Shown here: positions 27,501-40,500 of the stretch, one piece after another
Layout of the letters: each line of letters begins with the position of its first letter
Numbering within the stretch: the first letter of the stretch is position 1
NCBI RefSeq assembly: GCF_002113885.1
Contig: NW_018408382.1
Coordinates: forward strand, 189,693-253,692
Direction of reading: 5' to 3'
Source: Mizuhopecten yessoensis
Lineage: Eukaryota
DNA length: 64,000 nucleotides
Notes under the pieces: model-generated
Told to the model about the DNA's origin: nothing
What the model saw: only the letters and a program-made list of their open reading frames with translations
The model's database searches: none
Program-made: the position numbers and the translations under genes

Positions 27501-30500
27501 CAGCAGGTTCCGACCACACCTCACAGCTAAAATCATACACAATACAAATATTGTACAGAAAATACGAAATTTTGCTGAAACCAAAGTATCAATTTCATTG
27601 TCCTACCTATTAAGCTATATATATAGCTACTGAACAGAAAAGTACATATTCTAATGATTTTGTTTTCTGATATGCAACATTATTTTTGTCAGTCTATTTT
27701 TTTTCTATATTTATTATTTTTGACATCTATAAGACAATGGAATCTAACATATGTTCTACTTTATTCGATGACACACATTTTGCCTACATCCTCATTGGTT
27801 GGACCATAATCAGGTGGAGGTTGGTAGTTTGTGATATTGATTCGGTGTTACTTTGTTTACAAACAGCAGGTCAATATTCTATTTACGAGGTCGTTTCAAT
27901 TGTAACATAACAATGCTTTCTGTCAAATGCAGAACTTTCCCCTGAACAATTTCTATATGCTCCATATTGTTTGCGACTTAAACTTTACTTAGCATCTAAC
28001 ATAATTAAGAATTTTGAGGTTAATAAAACCACATATTCACCTCAATAGAATTCCATAACTGTTAAAAATAAGCAGGTTTCCATGTTAGATTTGATTATAA
28101 GCAGAACATAATACATCTGATATTATAATAAGTAAGATCCTCTTTATAAGAACATGTGTATAAGATTGTAAAATTGGTACCAAAGTCTGCATATTAAAAT
28201 ATTCATATTCACATCAAGTAATATTGAAATTTAAAATTAATTTTCAATATTGATCAACTTCTTTGGTTTAAGATTTTTTTTAAAAGAATCCAATTTCCCC
28301 CCAATAGATTCAATTTCTTTGGTTTAAGAAATTTTTAGATGCATAAAAGAATACAATTTCCCCCCAATATATTCAATACAATAACTTATTACAGGCCAAC
28401 GTTACTCACCAGTGTGAGAAGCCAATTCAATAGGCATGTTTCCCTCTGTTTGTAGTAATGTCCATTTCTTCAGAGAAAAGTTGAATTGCCATAGCTAAAC
28501 ACAATAAAAAAGACTTGTTAATGAAAAACAATACAAACACAATTGATTTTCTCCAACAATATCAAATCAGTATCTACAAACATGTATAGAGAATTAGTAT
28601 GTTAATATCTATTGATCAATATATGTGTAAACTTTTACTATTTTGTTGATAACTATATCCTCAAATAACAATGACAAATTACATTTCTTTGTAATAAATC
28701 AAAGTCACTGACCATTAATTGTTTTATCGTTTCCACCTTGTAACCTCGTTTTTCAGATCACATGTTTGAGGAAGATGACCCATATACTTTTCAATCATTG
28801 TGAATTTGTCCTTATGTTAATTCATTAAACTACCTGAGGTTAACCACTAACCTATAAAATGCTCTTGAAATAGCATATCATCATGTACATGCATGATGTA
28901 AATTACAATGCGACTACTGGTATAGCAAAGAATATAGACAGCAAGTTCCCTCTCGTCTAGATATGAAGCTAGGTGACATTCATGTACTAGGCACATTTGT
29001 GATTATACCTGGACTATTATTTCAGGTTCATAATAACCCCTGCGTGCGGAAAAGNNNNNNNNNNNNNNNNNNNNNNNNNNNNNNNNNNNNNNNNNNNNNN
29101 NNNNNNNNATAATTAAACTTGAAAAAAAACCCACTTTATAATCTTAAAGTTAGAGAAAATGGTTACCTCTTTAAAGAGAGGGTAGTAAGTATCCTCTGTA
29201 TTTTCTACGTCCCAGAAACGAGGATTGTACCCTCCCAGCACGTACATGTTCTTCTCGTCGACAGCCACGCGGTGACCACTTCGGGGGTACAGGAAGTCAT
29301 AGTCTGTACACAAATAAAACACAATCATCCTAAAAGACATTTTTTTTTTGCAATTTTATTATCGTTTCTTCTTTCAGTGACAAAAACCTTCAAAAGAATA
29401 AACAGAAACCCTAACTAGTTAGGACCTGGACAGATAAACATTGAGCAGGCTATTGCTAGTTGTTGCTTTTACCATAACATCAGTTCAAGATTTTGACACG
29501 TAAATATCAAGGCCCCTTTCGCATATCCGGTTGAACCGGTTTGTCTGGTTTTAAATGTAACATTTATGGGTATAAATCCTGACAGACCTACACAGGTTTA
29601 TGCAGGCCTTGCAAGGCTGTGTTAAGGCTCAACTGAAAGCAGCATCCAAACTTATTTCATAAACAAACAACTTTGGACCAACTGGTTCAACTGTTTGGGT
29701 CGCAATAAATAAATGCGACCACAGTAACATGGTAAGTTTCTACCACAGATCCCAGCCTGATCAGCTAAGTTGATATTGATCCAACCAAACTAATTGGCTT
29801 TATTTAATTTTATTTACCAAACTATTACCATTTTGATAAGTAACCTGGAAAATGTTTGCATCATCTGCTTTTGGTTTTAAACTTTATCCAGACGTTGCTG
29901 CAATATTAAAGATGGCACATTGTTAGCCTACAAGACATCTAATTATAAGTAACTCAAATTTAGTGTCTATCCAGGTGGTGCTTGGTCAGCTTTATATGAT
30001 AGATAGCTTCATCTTATCTGAAACCTCAATTGTAACTTTGAACAAGAGGATAACAAGTGATTGGTTACGTCCGACTGATCACCTGATTCAGCTAGAGTAA
30101 CTTGCTTCACACATGGTCTAATTGACAATAGGTATAAGATGGTTGACTGGCACAGTAACGCACCCTCCTTTCACCAAGTCAGTCGGGGGGCCAACAAGAG
30201 GGAATAATATAAGTGGAAATTACTTGTTTCGTAATTGTTGTAGAAGTCTGAATAAATTTAAAATTAGGCAGTGCCTGTCTGCCTGAAGCCTAATTATAGT
30301 AGCCTGATCTGGCACTTACAAACTTTACATGTACTAGTGCTACATTTAAGTTTGTCCAACAACGTGACCAGACAGTGTCTAATTAATGAAGTTATGAAAT
30401 ATGAAGTAATAACAAAAGATTGTACAGTACCAAGATTGTGAGTTTATATATGCATATATGGAAAAATGTATAGCCTCAGATTATGAAACTCCTGCTCAGA

Positions 30501-31341
30501 TGGTGATTGTGAGAGTTGGCAGGATTGGAGTGAGTGAGTGTTGACTACTTTTAAAACAGTATCTATGTAAAATGCAATGAAGAACAGTATTATACATATT
30601 ATTACATTTTTCTCCCCCTGCTTCACATAGCATAAGATCATTGTTATAATTAATTCCTGTAGGAACTCTATCTAAATCAGAGATTTATAACGATAGAAAC
30701 TCTATTGTTACAAATCTCTGATTTAGATAAAGTTCCTACAGGAATTACCTTAGCTTATAACTAAATAAAACAGTATAAATATACATGCTGAACCAGATTT
30801 TTTACTAGCAGGAGTTAAGAACACGAATTAGTAACATACATATATACTGCATAAAACTCGATTTGCGCTCATAACATTATGAATGTTGAAAAATGGGTTT
30901 AATCCTTATACGATAGAGTGTCCACTAATTAGGTTTCAACTACTGTAGTTATTTGATATTTTTTTCCCGTTTATTTAAAATTTGGTAACATTTCTTTTCC
31001 ATATAATCATGTTATAAACGGTGGATGAATATAAACTTTCTCTGCATCATTTTTTTTCAAATAAGTGTTAGAGATACGGATGTCAATAACTGGGGTGACG
31101 CCTGGCTATTTATGGTAATGTTGACATCTCGGATCAGCTGGGTCGTTCTCAATCCCCCAGGCAAGGGCAAATTTCCGACACGAAATAAACTTATAATTGT
31201 CGTCTAGAAAATGCATCCAGTGGAGAAATAGACACTTAATAATGCATTCTTACCAACATTGTGTTCGACCAAATTTTCAGACGACTCGTCGTCATATTGC
31301 GTTGGTCCAAATCTTTGGAAAGCCAACAAGTTTCCTGCCAT
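21572..31341 (-). CDS. KLHDC10: Kelch domain-containing protein 10 (CRL2 substrate receptor), 10 coding exons, 386 aa
   Basis: Exons (minus) 31341-31254, 29303-29167, 28494-28410, 27526-27372, 24918-24773, 24443-24359, 24026-23960, 22993-22946, 22546-22407, 21781-21572; 1161 nt, all GT-AG, phases join. Motifs PRSGHR, LFKELWQF, MPIELASH, FGGTGVPFGE, GGTSGFVYNMDIHQLDL, PESRYRHE, PRKCHSC, PVYFHAA, EGCMYVFGG, plus C-terminal BC-box VPALDELCW and Cul2-box-like LLGLGVP. Confidence 0.93.
29055..29108. other. Assembly gap (N run) in KLHDC10 intron 2
   Basis: Run of n characters. Confidence 0.99.
29510..29700. mobile_element. Second copy of the GGCC-ended short repeat family (see 18504-18722)
   Basis: Direct similarity to 18504-18722. 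Confidence 0.55.
30651..30747. repeat. Near-perfect 97-bp hairpin (47-bp arms, 3-nt loop)
   Basis: 30651-30697 is the reverse complement of 30701-30747 at 44 of 47 positions. Confidence 0.9.
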
Positions 31342-31504
31342 TATTTTGGTTTCATTCCAAGCGTCTACTTTGACAGCAACAGTCGAAACGTTTTCTGGAC
31401 TCGGATTCAGTGGTCCTTGCGAAACTCGTCACGATTGGTTAATGTTGAAAATATGAGCCAATGAACGAAAGCGTAACAGTAATACCTTCGGCTGTGTTCA
31501 CAAA
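31342..31504. promoter_or_regulatory. Compact bidirectional promoter shared by KLHDC10 and ZC3HC1
   Basis: 163 bp between divergent ATGs, CpG-enriched relative to the surroundings. Oppositely oriented CCAAT boxes (ATTGG 31434-31438, CCAAT 31458-31462) and YY1-like CAAAATGGC over the ZC3HC1 ATG. Confidence 0.75.
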
Positions 31505-34500
31505 ATGGCTACTCCTGAAAAAGTCACACCAGAACGTGTCAAGAGACTTTTGTCATCATTTTTAGTCCCAGAGACTCTCGACTTTGAATATGAAAGGTAT
31601 TAATAATCAATGAAATCATTGACGTTAACACGTATGTGAACATATAGCAGAATTTTGCCAATTTTACAGCGAAATTCTGTTGTGCTTTCACTTTCAGTTT
31701 TGAAATAACGTCACGCTACCACAATTTGTACAATTTTGACTTCAGTGATATTTAAAAAATCAGATCTTGTATCTGGATTGTTTCTTGATTCTCTACAAAG
31801 ACTACCTATGGTGGTTCATTTTCAGAAAAAGTTTTAATTCTAAGTAATTTGTTTTTGAAAATAGAACGCTAAACTCGCAGTAATATTTTGTCCGTTTTTC
31901 GGACGTGATTAGTGCCAAAATTGGTTCACATATCTTTGGAACTTGCTATTATTTCTACTGGTTAATGTTCCGATTGTTACAAAATATATCGCTTTTATAA
32001 ATACCATTCTGAACTACAATTGTATATAAAGGACCGAAGCAACTCTAAAACTTACCGGTAATCGTGATGCAGTCTAGTTCTTATCCTGAAATAAACTCTA
32101 AAACTTACCGGTAATCGTGATGCAGTCTAGTTCTTATGCTTACTCAGTCAAACAGTCTTTGGCTGCATCAGTCTGACGCGTCTCGCCCAGCACGTGCCCA
32201 AATATTGCAGTCTCTCATTCCAAGGTTTCACACCACCATTACTCACACACAATGGGGACCTCGGACCAACAATCACAACATATATATACACTTTTATATT
32301 ATCTGGTTATAAACATTTAAACATGCTTATCTTTAAGCCCTTCGAAATTCTGCAAAATTTCGTCGACGTACATTGCTTTTACTGGTTTTCTGATACTTTG
32401 AAGTCAATGTTTACTCTTAAAATGTTCATGCAAACAAAACTTTTCGATGGAAATGCTGATAAATATCTCTTTTGTTATACTGTAAAAGGAAAATGATCAA
32501 ATTTAATTTTTAAGTACTATTTGAACCATTTTCTGACTGTGTACCTATTTGGGTAGTGTACCAATTGTGGTAGCGTGACGTTACTGATTACACTGAGTCT
32601 GACATTTCATCAGTATAACTATAACAATCTGTATATGAAGAAGTACCCCCTTATACTTTAGTATCAAGTTTTTTCAGTGTTTTTTTTTTGTAGCGTAAGG
32701 GGTATTTTCCATAAATAGATTGTTATAGTTATTCATAAAACATCACAGTCAGATTCCTGTGTACTAAGCCTAATATAGAAAGTATTTTAATTCAGTATTT
32801 CAGGTATTCATGGACTTTCATGTCTGCATGGTAAACATTTCAGAAAAAATATCTATTTGTGCACACTCACAGCCTTCAACATTTTGTGTTGATATACTTC
32901 TTTGGATTTAACCATAAACTAATATATTTCCATTTGCTCTGCATTGTCACTATATAACCTTACCAAACAAAATAGAAAGATATCAGATCATAATTCTGAC
33001 ATAATTCCCATTGGTGTAGTGGTATGAAAAACATGTTTGTGACTTAATGACGTCGTTTTTACCGACGTCACTGTATTAAGTGTATTATTGACTTCACGAA
33101 AAAATTGTTGGCAAATTTTGCATTAACAATTCCTGACCTCTTAAACAACGAAGAAGAGTCTGATGAGGGAGATATCAACAGTACCAATATGCGCATTATT
33201 TATTATTCAATTTGTTTGCATTGAATCCTGTGAGAATTATAGGACAATAACTTTCCAAAGAAGGCAGTTGAATGCTTAAATAATTCATCTGCTGAATTTT
33301 CAATGAATGAAGAAAATGATAGTTTGGTGATATGTTTGTCCTCCTGGTAAAATACTAGCGGCTTTTTACCAACTTTCTTAGGGAGATTTTCTCTTAAGCT
33401 CATTCATAAGAGTTTAAGACTAGTAAGCCAGATATATAAGGCGACTCCTAGCGGACAAATTGAAAACTTGTGACTTCTGTTACACAATTTTGGATTGGCG
33501 ACCCTTTGGGCCCCTAATCTATAGGTGTCATGCTTTCACACCAAATAAACACCTATATTTTCTTGTCGTTGATTTATTCATCCGCAAAAAATCCAACAAA
33601 ATGTTCAAAGTGGGTTTTCAAAAATTCGTGAATAGCTGTTTGCAAAGTACCAAATTAAAATATTCTTTTTGACGTTAATACAACAGCACCAATACAGCTA
33701 TTCATGTTTATAATCGGCGTAACTGGAGTTCAAAATAAAGGCCTATATTTCTAAGTGGGTTGCTCGCTGCAGATGAATACAAATTTTCTTTTTTCGCCGG
33801 AACCATTTGTTGTCTCTTTAGGTCATGTTGTAGCTTAATATTTCTCAGACATAGGCTCACAATGTCGGTAACAAAAGTAGCCATTGGTTATTTCAGTTTT
33901 TTACTGAGTCCGTACGTACTAACTTAAAAAAATAGAAGACAATCTGCAAAAAAGTCCCAGAAAAACAGTCTGTCAACTTTTGTGTATTATGGCCGACACC
34001 AATGGGGTACATGATCAGGCTAAAGCTGACACAGTTCAGTGTGCGCTGTACAACTGCAAGCTATTGTGTTTGTCAAGTTGTCAAGGCAAACTAGACGACC
34101 GTAGATGCTTTAATTGATGTAAATGGGCCGATGTATGTAATGTTGCAGCTGTTTTTAGAATTGGGGAAACTACTTCTGTTTTGCCCTCCAATTTGTCTTT
34201 CAGATAAGGTAATACCAGCAGTTGCTTAATGGTGTCGTATGGTAGCATGGGCGTTCTGGTGGATGTTTGTGCAACACTCTTGAAAGTGCTTCAGACCCCC
34301 CCTTTTATGTATGGAATAGTGACCATGCCATTGGTTTTTCTCTCTGTGTTTGTACTTCTTTGTTGGTTGGGGCCATTAGCATTGCTTTCATTTTCTATTT
34401 GTTTCTGTACTTTACTTATAGACCATTCAGGGTATCCACATGATGTCAGGGCCTGTCTGATATGTCGCTTTTCGATTTCCATGACTTCCTGTTGAGTTAC

Positions 34501-37500
34501 AATGTTCATGCGTCTCTCCAGGAGAGTGTAAACTACACCCCCAACTTCTGATGCAATAAATGGTGTGAATAGAATTTGAGGTACTAGTCTACGAGTGTTT
34601 TTCCTGTTTACCAGCTATTTGATGGAACCGCCAGCTCTTCTTACGATAGCGTTTTTTCCTGCCTGTGTCTTCTTCTGATGTGTATTTTATGGAACCTGTA
34701 TCATCTGCCTGGTTATTTTTCTGTATAAACGAATAGTTAACAATCTTTTGCCATTCTTTAATGATTAAATCAGAAAGAGCAAATGACATTATCTTGTACA
34801 TAGTATAGTAAAGTTACAGTAAGTAATATTACTGTCGTGAATTCGGTGTGTGTTTGTTACACACCGTCACAACAAGTAGTTGTAACTGCTCTTAGCTCCT
34901 GAAATCAAGTACAAGGTGGAGGAAAATCACACACCCGTTGTCTGTTGGATATCTAGATGTAAAGAGACCGCGCCAATACATCCCAGTGAAGCTAGTGTCG
35001 CGTAGCTCGACGAGATCTCGTGTCGTCACTGTCCAAGGGAGATAACTCTCCCGAAATTCACCACATTACCAAGAAAGGAACAAAACTAACTTGGAATTGA
35101 ACCCTAAATACTTAAATCAATGTAGATGTCTGTAAACTAGTACTCTTCCAACTGAAAAATCTGTCCATCGATGAGTTCGGACAACATCTCCTGCACTTTA
35201 CCAATGTTGAAATCTTGAGTTTAAGCCAAAGTCAACAAACACTTGGGGCTGAAGATGTTTTTTTTTTTTTTGGAATATTTGCTTGTTCTAGTTCTGTGCA
35301 GTAGAATTTATTAGATATAGATAAGCATAGAAAAGAAAATTCGGTTTAAAAAAAGCGGTATTTAACTAAAAATTTGTACTTTGTTTTTAGAAACCCTGCG
35401 ACTCCTGCAAAAAATGAATGTGACAAAGAATCTCATAACAAAAGTAATGGACAACAGCAGACATCTACAAACAAAGAAGATGCGTCTCCGGCACAGAAAG
35501 GTCCACATCCACGGAGCAGGGAAGCTTATTTCCAAAGAGTCCACACCTTCACTGTATCCTTGAACACACATCCAATGTCAGGAGAGTTTTGTGAAAGAAA
35601 AATATGATGACAGTGCTTTTCTGCATCACTGTAGTTGGTCAGGATTTGTAGCATTTAACATTTAAAGGTTAATCAATCAGCTGTACATGTCAGGATATAA
35701 AATTACACGTGTTTATATATTCATGAAATGCTGTGAATATGAATACTTGTATAATATCGGTAATTAATTAAGAAATGACTTGTATGATTTTAGTCTATTG
35801 AGAAACATGCATAAACTAACAGCTTGGTGTCAAATTGCACATCTTTTTTTTTGGTCAATATCTCCATAGTCAAAAGTTATTTTGCCTCTTCCTCAACCAA
35901 TGTCCAACAGCAAGGGGCTCAAGGGGTTAACAGGTATATTCACACCTTTGTCGTCTAAGGTGGACCTAGCAGGCCTAGAAACTGATTTTGAAATCCACTA
36001 GTCCATTAGGGAAGGAGTTTCCAATGGTGCAAATTCCATTAACCCCATATTGTTCAACATGATAAGCAATATCAAATTTTGACTAGTCAATCCGGCTAGC
36101 AGATTTTAGAACCACTTGTCCTGCAGCAGGAGATTTCACTAGTCTCAGACTATCGGGCTACCCATATTGTCTACCCCTGACCTAGTCTAGCCCCCATATC
36201 TTTTTAATTCTGACCAGATTTGTCCATCTTAGAGTGTAATTGTTGTTTGAGTGGTTTTATATATATTTGCTTCACTGTGGGAAGCAGATGTAGAAGACGG
36301 ACCATTGCTTCCTAACACGGACAACTCTAGTCAGAATTATAAGATAGCAGGATCACACCGAGTCCTTTGCCTTCATAGGGGTCAAAGGGTAAATATTTGG
36401 GTCAGAGGGACAGTCCCTCTCAAACAGGGATAATTGACATGTATTGTAATGAGTCACCACCATTGCTTTTAATTGACAGGATTATATTATTAAAGTTTGT
36501 TTTCTTCAACCCTTTATCAGACTTTTAATTGGTTTGCTAAACCAGTAGATTTATCTCCCCTTGTGTGTGCACGGTATGGTTGGCAGGTGATCGAGACTGA
36601 CATGCTAGGATGTGTGGGTTGTAAAGCCAAACTAAGTGGACAGCTCCCAAAAACAAGAGACCAACAAATATGTAAGTAGGAAAAGCTTTTTATTTAGCAA
36701 GGGTGGTGGAAGATGTAAATAAAACACTTTTGAAAATAAAATCTTTTGAAAAGAAGTTTCAGAAAAGAAAAAAAATCACATACACATACAGTACGTATAC
36801 CAATATCAAACCTTACAAAATTAAAAAAAAGTTTCAAAACTTGCATTGGCAAATTGTCACAAAGAGATAAAATGTCAAGTATGGCAAAAATACTTTTAAT
36901 ATGTGTGAATTCGAAAATGACATGCAGTACCTATATATATTTTGATTTTTTTGTATACTGGGACATTTTCGCCACAGTTTAACTTTTGCCTTTTTCACCC
37001 TTCCCAATGGGCGCATATTTATCATTGCAGCTAATATTAGCAACCAATGTATAGTAATTACATGTGAAGGGTGACATTAACACTATAAGTGAACATGGAG
37101 TTTATCGGCTAAAGGCAAATATCTGCTAGGGCAAAAGTTTCCCGGCATACAGTATGTTCTCAAAGTTCCTGTGACATCCCTGAAAACAGAAAATTTGTTG
37201 TCATGAGATTTTAATGTTAGAATACATAGAATATAAGCTTTGATGATTTGTATATGTTGTTTTATCAAAAAGTATACCAAATATGCAGAAAAAAATGGCA
37301 TCATATGACACAGATATTTTTATGTCAAATTAGCAAAGTTCATTAAAAAATCACTCAGTCCAGAACATGTACCACGTAGATTCTATGAATTGCAGATGTC
37401 ATTTTGCTGTATGAACCTAACCTAGTAGTTTAAGTATGTAATTTATTACGCTTAATCTTCCAGCATTGCTACTGTATTGTAATGTGGGGTACAGAATCAT

Positions 37501-40500
37501 TGGCTAATCATGTGATGTCAATGTCTTGATGTATCATAACATATGTTGCATTTGTATACTGGGAAATGTTTGCTTCAATTAATTTAGCCTTTTTGCCCAC
37601 TGTAACGAGGGTGATTTTATCATTGCAGCGAACATTTGTTAACATTATAATGTACATAGTAATTAAATGTGAAGGGCCAATTTAATATTGGTGAAAATAG
37701 ATTTTTAGGCGAAAAGTGGAGATTTCCAGGTATGCAGTAGTATAATGTACATGGTATCATTTTTCAACGTTCAGATCCAGATTGCTGCAAGAAACTAAAG
37801 CATGGTCTGACTTGGTCACACAAGAAATCCTGTTCGTGGTCATCAAATCCTAGTCCAGGTTTGTAACTTAACACAAGGTCACTCCAAAAGCTCTAAATCC
37901 TAGTCCAGGTTTGTAACTCAACACAAGGTCATTCCAAAATCTCCAAATCCTAGTCCAGGTTGTACCTCCAAACAAGGTCATTCCAAAATCTCTAAATCCT
38001 AGTCCAGGTTTGTATCTCAACACAAGGTCACTCTAAAATCTCTAAAACCTAGTCCAGATTTGTACCTCAACACAAGGTCACTCTAAAATCTCTAAATCAT
38101 AGTCCAGATTTGTACCTCAACACAAGGTCACTCTAAAATCTCTAAATCCTAGTCCCGGTTTGTACCCAACACAATGTCTAAATAATAAGACAAAACAAAA
38201 GAATAAAGCAAAGGTATCCTGAATCAAACAAATGTAATGTGTAGTTATTTTAGACCAAACAAATATATTGTGTAGTATATTGAGGCCAAACAAATTAAAT
38301 GTTTATTATCTTGAGGCAAAACAAATATGATGTGTAGTATAATAAGGCAAAATAAAAAAAAAAAATCAAGGGTAAGATATCCTTAACCACACCAAACCAA
38401 ACAAATATAATAACAAATTAAAGCTTAGTATCTTGAGGCCAAACAAATTTAATGTTAAGTATCTTGAGGCCAAACAAATTTAATTTTTATTATCTTGAGG
38501 CCAAACAAATATGATGTGTAGTATCTTGAGGCCAAACAAATTTAAAGTTAAGTATCTTGAGGCCAAACAAATTTAATTTTTATTATCTAGAGGCCAAACA
38601 AACTTAAAGTTAAGTATCTTGAGGCCAAACAAATTTAATTTTTATTATCTTGAGGCCAAACAAATATGATGTGTAGTATCTTGAGGCCAAACAACTATGA
38701 TGTGTAGTATAATAAGGCAAAACAAAAATTAAAAGCAAAGGATAAGGTATCTGTAACCACACTAAACCAAACAAAAAAGTGCAACATCATCAGGACAAAA
38801 AATCAGGTCGTAACCTAAGGCCAAGCAAAATTAATGTATAGTATCGTAAGGCTAAACAAAATAGATTGTACAAGAAGTTGAATACAAAGGCCAAACAAAA
38901 TTAATTTAACAAGAAATTGAATACAAAGGTAAAACAAATTAATGTATAGTATCCGAAGAGCAATATGAAAGAAAAGGAATACAAAGGCCAGCAAAAACCA
39001 TTTGTAATATCTTAAAGCCAACAAAATATGAAATACTAATGTATAAAGTATCCTAAAGCAAAATGAATCTGATATATTGAGGCCAAACAGATATGAAGTG
39101 TTAGATAAATTTTTGTTAGGCCAAGAAAAATATTTATGCCTGATTCTTATGTTTCCAGTAATTTTAGGGTAGGCATCAAAATCTAAGTAGTCTTCCTGGA
39201 AACATAGATATTTAGATATCAGTGTAAGGATTTCTGATACAAGATGCTGTTGTTCTGTTATAATGCGCTTTTTATGTTCTTTATACGGACATTTTTTATG
39301 ATCAGAGAATGATTACCAGTGATATTTTCAGTGGCATGATTTGATGCCTAGGCAATATTTTAACGGCCGGTAAAGGAAAGGTCACATGTTGTGACAAGTG
39401 GGGCATTGTTGATATTTTCCTGTCATGTGCTCCCTCCACCCTGGGTTCATACTAACAATCCCCCTAAATCCTTGTAGAAAGTATCGACATTCTAAGGGAT
39501 GTATTTGACGACATGAATGTTTCCATCCCTCTGTGTGACCCACATCCAGTTTAAGCCATCAATACCAACAGCAGTCGGATGTGTCAGTCCATTTTCTTCT
39601 CTCATCAAGAACTTGTGGAATTTCCCCTCAGGGGTGAGCTGGTGTATGGCATGGTTCCAGTAGTCGGATACGATGAGATGGTCATTCTGGTCCTTACATA
39701 GCCCTTTTGGATGAAATGTGAGTTCTGGGTTTGATCCTATACATCCCTTATATGTTTTGCTTATATCTTTGAAGTTCATGATAGTTCCTGGTTCACATGA
39801 ACTCTCTGGAATTCCTGGTTCACATGAACTCTCTGGAATATCTTTGGGTGTGGTCTGAATGTAGACATCTGATGCTGTTTGAACACTTTCTGGAAACTGG
39901 TTTTTAAAGAGAAAGTGGTTTTGTTCGAAAGTTTGAGAGAATATTACCTTTTCTCTAATTCCATGTTTGTTGTACTGCATCATCTTTAGTGTTACATTCC
40001 TGGGTGTTTGCCGGTTGTCAACAAATTTTTTTTCTGTGATTGAAATAACCATACCAGTGTCAGAAATTCGTATGGTTTGCCAGGATTCATCAGAGGCCTC
40101 AGGTTTTAAGTCAGCAAAGCGGTATATTAGACCTGCTTCTGTAACCCGATTGACCACAGTGCGATCTTTCTGCTGTACATAGATGCCCTGTTTTGTGACC
40201 GGAGTGATGTACACTACCCCCTTCATCAATGGTACCAGGTCTTCCTGCTTGTACTTGGCTTTAGTCAAGTCCACTAAGTACAGCAGCTCTTCTGTGACCA
40301 CAAAAGCTCTTTTCTCGTCCAAGGGAGAAATGCAATCTACTTTTGATTCACAGAATTTTATTTTTTTTGATATCTTGCCCGGATTGTCCACAGGAATGAT
40401 TCCATTAATCTGTCCAAACCAGATATCCATCTTTTCTGTATTTCCCTCTCCTTTTGTGAAAATTAATTCTTTCTCTCCTTCAGAAGCCTCAGACTTGTCC

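Noticed and set aside
33000-33420. Possible remnant of another transposon ORF (acidic stretch ...PDLLNNEEESDEGD...)
   Set aside because: Too short and degenerate to assign without a search.
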